A DNA stretch of 64,000 nt from assembly GCA_039809645.1 (NCBI GenBank), contig JBDHVK010000001.1:32802-96801 (forward strand), written 5' to 3'. The notes below the pieces were generated by a model. It was given only the letters and a program-made list of their open reading frames with translations, was not told the origin of the DNA and made no database searches. The translations under genes were made by a program, and so were the position numbers. Shown here piece after piece: positions 58,941-64,000 of the stretch. Within the stretch, counting starts at the first letter, position 1, and every line of letters starts with the position of its first letter. The stretch comes from Gemmatimonas sp. GTDB lineage: Bacteria > Gemmatimonadota > Gemmatimonadetes > Gemmatimonadales > Gemmatimonadaceae.

Positions 58941-59576
58941 TTACTTCTCGTCTTCCGGCTTCGGCTTGCGGATGAGCTCCGGCTCCGCCGCCGTGCCTTC
59001 GGCGGGCGCATCGGCATGCACCTTCGGCGCCGAGCAGACGCAGACCGTCGCGCCGGCGTCGTCCTTGATCGTGATGCCCGCAGGCACCTTGATGTCGGCG
59101 ACGTGCATCGACTTGCCGAGCTTGAGGCTCGAGACGTCGACGTCGATGTGGTTCGGAATGTTCGACGGATCGACTTCGATCGTGAGCTCGTGCATGACCT
59201 GGTCGAGCAGGCCGCCCTCGAGGCGGACGCCCTCCGGCGTACCGACGTACACGATCGGGCACTTCACCGTCACCGTCTCACCGGCCACCAGCTCCTGGAA
59301 GTCGATGTGGAGCACGTGACGCTTGAACGGGTGGCGCTGGATCTCACGAATCAGGGTGCGCGCCGACTTGCCGTCGATCGAGAGCTCGATCACGGTGCTG
59401 GACGTCGCGATGCCCTTGAGCAGCTTCTCCGTCTCGCGCGCATTCACGGTGAGCGACTGCGGCTCACGGCCATGGCCGTAGATGACGCACGGAATGTTGC
59501 CGGCCTGACGAATCTTGCGCGCGGCGCCCTTGCCGGTTTCGGCACGGGACGACGCAGTGAGCGTGGCGGAAGCCAT
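58941..59576 (-). CDS. ctc: 50S ribosomal protein L25 / general stress protein Ctc (long form)
   Basis: Start at ATG 59576. GKGAARKIRQAGNIPCVIYGHG...IQRHPFKRHVLHIDF, with an acidic/Lys C-terminal tail. Confidence 0.92.
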   Translation of the reverse strand: MASATLTASSRAETGKGAARKIRQAGNIPCVIYGHGREPQSLTVNARETEKLLKGIATSSTVIELSIDGKSARTLIREIQRHPFKRHVLHIDFQELVAGETVTVKCPIVYVGTPEGVRLEGGLLDQVMHELTIEVDPSNIPNHIDVDVSSLKLGKSMHVADIKVPAGITIKDDAGATVCVCSAPKVHADAPAEGTAAEPELIRKPKPEDEK

Positions 59577-59647
59577 GGGAAAACCTCGGTCGAAAAAAGG
59601 TGGTTCGGGAGTAACCGGAAATGGTCGTCCCGGCCAAGGCCCAACTG

Positions 59648-59807
59648 CAGTACTGCTACTGCGGATGGGGTACTGCAACTACAGCTTGGGTACTGCAACT
59701 ACAGCTTGGGTACTGCAACTACAGCTTGGGTACTGCAACTACAGCTTGGGTACTGCAACTACAGCTTAGGCACTGCTAATACAGTCGGGGTACTGCTACT
59801 ACAGTCA
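59648..59807. repeat. 20-bp tandem direct repeat array (5 perfect plus 3 degenerate units)
   Basis: The unit GGGTACTGCAACTACAGCTT is repeated perfectly at 59668, 59688, 59708, 59728 and 59748. Degenerate units sit at 59648 (13/20), 59768 (13/20) and 59788 (16/20). Located in the prs-ctc intergenic region. Confidence 0.95.
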
Positions 59808-59888
59808 CGGCTTCGGCTGTTGTTGCAGTGCCATGACTGTCGTGGCAGCGCCCCAACTGTTGTTGTTGTGCCCAGACCGTCGTTGCTG

Positions 59889-60854
59889 TTACTCGAAAAG
59901 CACGCTGACCGACTGATCCGCATGCGTGAAGCGAATCGCCTTCGCGAGCAGTTCGCCCACACTCAGCACCGTGAGCGACGGGAAACGACGCTCGGGGGGG
60001 AGATTGATCGAGTCGGTGACCACGACTTCCTTGATCGGCGCGGTCGACAACCGCTCCACGGCGGGGCCGCTGAGCAGGGCGTGCGTGGCGCAGACGTAGA
60101 TGTCCTTGGCCCCGAGCTTCTTGAGGGCGCGTGCAGCCTCGGAGACCGTGCCAGCCGTATCGATCATGTCGTCGGGGATGAGACAGTCCCGCCCCTCGAC
60201 TTCACCGACGACGTTCATCACCTCGGCGACATTCGCCTTGGGGCGGCGCTTGTCGATGATGGCAAACGTGGCGTCGAGTCGCTTGGCGAAGCCGCGCGCC
60301 ATCTTGGCCGAGCCGACGTCGGGCGCGACCACGACCAGATCCTTGAGCTCCTTCTTGCGGAAGTAGCTCGTGAACACCGGCGCCGCGTACAGGTGGTCGA
60401 CGGGTACGTCGAAGAACCCCTGCAGCTGGTGTGCATGAAAGTCGAGACCGAGGACGCGGGAGGCGCCTGCGGTCTCGATGAGATTCGCCATGAGCTTCGC
60501 CCCGATGGCGACGCGCGGCTGGTCTTTGCGATCCTGACGGGCGTACCCGGTGTAGGGCAGCACCGCCGTGACGCGGGCGGCCGATGCGCGGCGCGCGGCG
60601 TCGATCAGGAGCAGCAGCTCCAGCATGTTCTCGCCCGGCGGATTCGTCGGCTGCACGACAAAGACATCCGCGCCGCGGATGTTCTCGTCGATGCGCACGA
60701 ACACCTCACCGTCGGCAAAGCGCGAACAGGTGACCTTGCACAACTCAGCGCCCAGTGACTTCGCCACTTCCTCAGCCAATGGCTGGTTGGCGGTGCCACA
60801 GAGGATTTTGAATCCGCGATTGGAGGCTGAGGGCGCTTCCGAAGCCGCGTGCAT
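59889..60854 (-). CDS. prs: Ribose-phosphate pyrophosphokinase
   Basis: FKILCGTANQPLAEEVA...RFADGEVFVRI...VLPYTGYARQDRK...DLVVVAPDVGS...IPDDMIDTAGT. Confidence 0.96.
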   Translation of the reverse strand: MHAASEAPSASNRGFKILCGTANQPLAEEVAKSLGAELCKVTCSRFADGEVFVRIDENIRGADVFVVQPTNPPGENMLELLLLIDAARRASAARVTAVLPYTGYARQDRKDQPRVAIGAKLMANLIETAGASRVLGLDFHAHQLQGFFDVPVDHLYAAPVFTSYFRKKELKDLVVVAPDVGSAKMARGFAKRLDATFAIIDKRRPKANVAEVMNVVGEVEGRDCLIPDDMIDTAGTVSEAARALKKLGAKDIYVCATHALLSGPAVERLSTAPIKEVVVTDSINLPPERRFPSLTVLSVGELLAKAIRFTHADQSVSVLFE

Positions 60855-61027
60855 GGAGGTCTCGAAGGGGCGAAAAGGGGATTTCCGGCAAAGCCCCTAA
60901 AGCTATACGGGCTCGGCCCCGTTTCCAACCGGTGCCGAGCCCGTCTGTGAGTCTTTCTGTAACCTATTGCTGAGCTTTGGTTTACGTGGGCTCACGGCCC
61001 ACTGTCCCAGCACCCGAACCGCTTCCA

Positions 61028-61099
61028 TAGGCCCACTTGGAATCGAACCAAGATCTTCGGCTCCAAAGGCCGAGGTAATAGCCGTTATACGATGGGCCA
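61028..61099 (-). tRNA. tRNA-Gln (anticodon TTG), CCA not encoded
   Basis: Manual cloverleaf fold. Acceptor TGGCCCA/TGGGCCT, D-arm GTAT..TTAC, anticodon stem TCGGC/GCCGA with loop CTTTGGA, and T-arm CTTGG-TTCGATT-CCAAG. 72 nt. Position 1:72 is a U-U mismatch. Confidence 0.8.
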
Positions 61100-61114
61100 C
61101 CAGCAGGGCGGAGT

Positions 61115-62599
61115 TTATCGGGCTCCGGGAACAGCGGCAACAGTGCGCGGGGCAACCGTCCGTTCCCAGTCGTGAACCGGCAGGGCATCCCGCGCCCGGA
61201 TCCCCTCGGCGAACGGGCCCAGCAGGTGCACGATGCTGTTGGCGTAATAGGTGATCAGCGGTCGGCCGCGCGGCAGGATCACATACCCCTCGCCGGCCCG
61301 CGCCACCATGCGCCGCAGGCGCAGCATACGGTAGGCGCGGTCGAAGGTCTCGGCGATGTCCCGGTCGGCTCGGATCACCCGTCCGCTCAGCTCCTGCAGC
61401 ACGTCACGCATGGCGGCCATGCGCGCCAACAGCGCCGCCCGCGGGACAAACTCGGCGTCAAAGCTCTGTAGCGCCGCGCACGCCAGGGGGACGGGGGTCA
61501 CGGGGATGATGGCGCCGATCCGGGCGAGCAGATCGTCACAGAATGTCTGGACATGGGGCAGGCGTGCCTCGCGCGGGAGCGCGAAGAGATCGACGCCATT
61601 GCCGGCGAGTTCATCCAGCCACGATCGCACCGGCACCGGCGTGCCGATCGTGACGGCCGCGCGACCATAGCGCTTCCAGCGTCCGGTAAGCAGGCGCCCG
61701 AGGTTCCACAACAGAAAGCGCCCGATGGACGCCATCTGCGAGACGCGCGACAGCGCGGCGGCGGGTGCGTGCGTCTCGAGTTCACGCAGCAGCGTGCGGT
61801 CTTCCAATACCCGATCGTAGTTGATGCCGACCGGCACCACGTACAGCCGATCGCGCATCGCGGGGTCCCGCGCCACGCCAAGCGCGTAATCGAGCAGGCC
61901 GATCTTGGCGGGGCGCAGCGCGCCGTCGCGGGTGAGGCCACCCTCGGGGAAGATTCCCTGCGTCACCGCGTTGCGCGTGATGAGCTGCACGTACGCCTGC
62001 AGCACGGCGTGATAGAGCGGCTCACGATACCGGCGGCGAATGAAGTACGATCCGAAGCTCTTGAAGAGGTACTCGAGCGGGAACGCGCGGGCCCACTCGC
62101 CGACCGCGTACGAAATCGACACCTGACCCATCATCACGTACGCCACGAGTACATAGTCGGCGTTCGATCGATGGTTCATGAGATAGATCACGATCGAATC
62201 GCGGGGCAGTCCCTTGAAGGGGTCCGCGCGTTCGACCTCCACGCTGACCTTGTAGAACAGCGACAGCGCCGCGCGTGACACCCAATAGCCGAGCCGATAG
62301 TACGCGAGCACGTTGAAGAACGGCACGATCTCATCGAGATAGCGACGGACGCGGTGCCAGACGTCGTGTGCGGACTCGCCCTGCTCGGCCGCGAATCGCG
62401 CGACCGCCCCCGTGACCTGCGGATCCGCGAGCACGTGCTCGATCACGTATTGCTTGCGGGTGAACTTGTAGCGGTCCACCCGGGCGCGCATGCGGAGCAG
62501 GGTGCGACGTCCGGCGCGCCGGGCCACCCGATGCGCGGCCAGCCAGGCCAGCGCACCGAGGAGAACGAGCGCGAGTCCGAGGATCAGCTCGCGGGCCAC
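61115..62599 (-). CDS. PlsB-like glycerol-3-phosphate/lysophospholipid acyltransferase
   Basis: HX4D motif (NHRSNADY), FPEGGLTRDG, and an N-terminal TM. Start assigned to GTG 62599 (or 62605), overlapping the ROK kinase 3' end by 16-22 nt. The track ORF start at 62683 is less likely. Confidence 0.75.
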   Translation of the reverse strand: MARELILGLALVLLGALAWLAAHRVARRAGRRTLLRMRARVDRYKFTRKQYVIEHVLADPQVTGAVARFAAEQGESAHDVWHRVRRYLDEIVPFFNVLAYYRLGYWVSRAALSLFYKVSVEVERADPFKGLPRDSIVIYLMNHRSNADYVLVAYVMMGQVSISYAVGEWARAFPLEYLFKSFGSYFIRRRYREPLYHAVLQAYVQLITRNAVTQGIFPEGGLTRDGALRPAKIGLLDYALGVARDPAMRDRLYVVPVGINYDRVLEDRTLLRELETHAPAAALSRVSQMASIGRFLLWNLGRLLTGRWKRYGRAAVTIGTPVPVRSWLDELAGNGVDLFALPREARLPHVQTFCDDLLARIGAIIPVTPVPLACAALQSFDAEFVPRAALLARMAAMRDVLQELSGRVIRADRDIAETFDRAYRMLRLRRMVARAGEGYVILPRGRPLITYYANSIVHLLGPFAEGIRARDALPVHDWERTVAPRTVAAVPGAR

Positions 62600-63504
62600 A
62601 GCCACGCAGCGCCCCGCACGCCGCTGGAATCGCCGTGTCGGTGTCGCACGACGCGGGTCGCGACCGTGTCCGAGAACACCCACGGCGGCAGCGCCGATTG
62701 CACCTCATCCGCGAGGCCGCTGATGTTCGACACGCCGCCGCCGAGGACGATGACGTCGGGATCGAGCACGTTGATGACGCTCGCGAGTCCACGCGCCGTG
62801 CGCTGCACGAGACGCGCGCGCGTCGCACGCGCGTCGGCATCACCCGCGGCCGCCCGGGCGATGATCTCCGGCGTCGTGAGCGCTTCACCGGTCACGCGCG
62901 CATGATCGGCGGCGATCGCCGGTCCCGAGATCCACGTCTCGATGCAGCCCCGTCGGCCACAGTAGCAGGGAGGGCCGGGAATCTCGTCGTGCGTGGGCCA
63001 CGGGAGTCCGTTGTGCCCCCATTCGCCGCCAATGAGGTTGCGGCCGGTGAGCACCCGGCCACGCACGACAATGCCGCCGCCGACACCGGTGCCCATGATC
63101 ACGCCGAAGACCACGTCGGCCCCCGCCGCCGCGCCATCGGTGGCTTCGGAGAGCGCGAAGCAGTTGGCGTCATTCTGCATGCGGATGTCGCGATGCAGCG
63201 CCGTCGCGAGATCATGTTGCAGCGGCTGCCCATTGAGCCAGGTCGAATTGGCGTTCTTCACCAGGCCCGTCTCCGGCACCACGACGCCCGGTATGCCGAC
63301 GCCGACCGTGGCGCGGTCGCCCACCGCGACCTCCAGACGAAGTACCAGTTCCGTGATCGCGTGCACGGTCGCGTCGTACTCGCGCGGCGTGGCGATGCGC
63401 TCCTGCGCGCGGACCGCGCCCTGCGCGTCGAGAACGACGCCCTCGATCTTGGTGCCACCCAGATCGATGCCGATTCGCAGTGTGGCATGTGAATGCGCGG
63501 TCAT
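62584..63504 (-). CDS. ROK family sugar kinase (NagK/glucokinase-like)
   Basis: Start at ATG 63504. IGIDLGGTKIEG, the ROK signature GTGVGGGIV...GEWGH, and the zinc motif CYCGRRGC. Confidence 0.88.
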   Translation of the reverse strand: MTAHSHATLRIGIDLGGTKIEGVVLDAQGAVRAQERIATPREYDATVHAITELVLRLEVAVGDRATVGVGIPGVVVPETGLVKNANSTWLNGQPLQHDLATALHRDIRMQNDANCFALSEATDGAAAGADVVFGVIMGTGVGGGIVVRGRVLTGRNLIGGEWGHNGLPWPTHDEIPGPPCYCGRRGCIETWISGPAIAADHARVTGEALTTPEIIARAAAGDADARATRARLVQRTARGLASVINVLDPDVIVLGGGVSNISGLADEVQSALPPWVFSDTVATRVVRHRHGDSSGVRGAAWLWPAS

Positions 63505-63596
63505 GCGGCGATTGTCGCCTCCGGAGGCAAGTGTGGCAAGTGCCGGGCAGTGCATTGTCGAATTGCCGGCCGCAGCGCGGCGTCGTAACCTTGAGC

Positions 63597-64000
63597 ATGT
63601 CGACTGCGCCGACGCCCGGATATACGAGCCAGACGGAAGAAATGGCGGTCTCCGGGGAGCATCTGGCCGCGGTGGAAGCCCAACTCGCGTCATACACCAG
63701 TCCCGCAACGCGTCGTCGCTGGTATCTCGCTGCGGTTCTCTCGGCGCTGTTCGGCACCCTGATCTCGGTGGCATTTCACCGCGCGACGGGCGCGACGCCG
63801 ATGTTCCTGACCGGCTTCGCGGCGCTACCGATGATCCTCGGCGGATTCGGTCCGATGCTGCTCGCCACCTGGGGCAGCCTGTTCGGCTCACTGGCCGTCG
63901 AAGGCACGGTGCTGGTGGGCAGCAAGCTGGAGCTCGTTCGCTACTTCTCCGGACTGCTGCTTGCGCTGGTGTCGGCGGTGTTCTGTGAAGTGGCTCGCCG
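63597..64000 (+). CDS. Hypothetical membrane protein, N-terminal part (runs off the right edge)
   Basis: Open frame from ATG 63597 to the window end, with GC3-rich codons and at least three hydrophobic helices (e.g. YLAAVLSALFGTLISVAF). It is absent from the ORF track because no stop lies in the window. Confidence 0.5.
   Translation, partial: MSTAPTPGYTSQTEEMAVSGEHLAAVEAQLASYTSPATRRRWYLAAVLSALFGTLISVAFHRATGATPMFLTGFAALPMILGGFGPMLLATWGSLFGSLAVEGTVLVGSKLELVRYFSGLLLALVSAVFCEVAR

Noticed and set aside
59648-59807. Tandem repeat considered as a CRISPR array
   Set aside because: The units are contiguous (20-bp period) with no unique spacers, there are no cas genes in the window, and the repeat is too short.
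60855-61114. tRNA-Gln locus considered as an integration site of a genomic island
   Set aside because: There is no integrase or recombinase gene nearby, no direct repeat of the tRNA 3' end seen in the window, and the flanking genes (prs, acyltransferase) are housekeeping.

Overview
High-GC (roughly two thirds G+C by eye), densely coding bacterial chromosomal window. No rRNA, CRISPR, transposase or integrase was seen. The gene content (ECF sigma/Ser-Thr kinase pairs, SPOR proteins, a T9SS-type C-terminal tail) resembles FCB-group, Gemmatimonadota or Acidobacteriota genomes, but taxonomy cannot be settled from the sequence alone.

Layout:
- 0-13.4 kb: housekeeping genes (prmC fragment, ylbF-like, tmk, S41 protease, LolA-like, DAHP synthase, MBL hydrolase) and a minus-strand smc operon carrying two SPOR-domain proteins.
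- 13.5-16.8 kb: an ECF sigma factor plus a Ser/Thr kinase.
- 16.8-19.0 kb: a small island with an NlpC/P60-like protein lacking a signal peptide.
- 19.0-45.6 kb: a type VI secretion system with all core genes except tssJ: tssK-tssL-tssM-kinase-GNAT on the minus strand, a second tssK, then tssB tssC hcp tagJ tssA tssE tssF tssG clpV vgrG, an unknown ORF, PAAR and an FGE-like gene on the plus strand.
- 45.6-64 kb: a peptidase/PD40/Omp85 fusion outer membrane protein, rsfS, rplI, rpsR, rpsF, SRAP, DUF3108-like, ychF, four-helix-bundle protein, M28 peptidase, BNR propeller, pth, ctc, prs, tRNA-Gln, a PlsB-like acyltransferase and a ROK kinase.

Most unusual observations:
1. The T6SS has two divergent TssK paralogs. 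They flank an oppositely oriented gene for an N-lobe-only pseudokinase with a long proline-rich region and a C-terminal membrane anchor. No TssJ, FHA, PppA or TagF gene is in the window.
2. A Zn-ribbon Ser/Thr kinase and a GNAT are translationally coupled to tssM.
3. A non-catalytic FGE (TagR-like) protein without a signal peptide follows PAAR.
4. A 20-bp tandem array followed by inverted degenerate copies lies between prs and ctc.
5. A family of about 80-bp palindromic elements brackets a four-helix-bundle gene.

All functional calls rest on motif recognition by eye. No database search was run.
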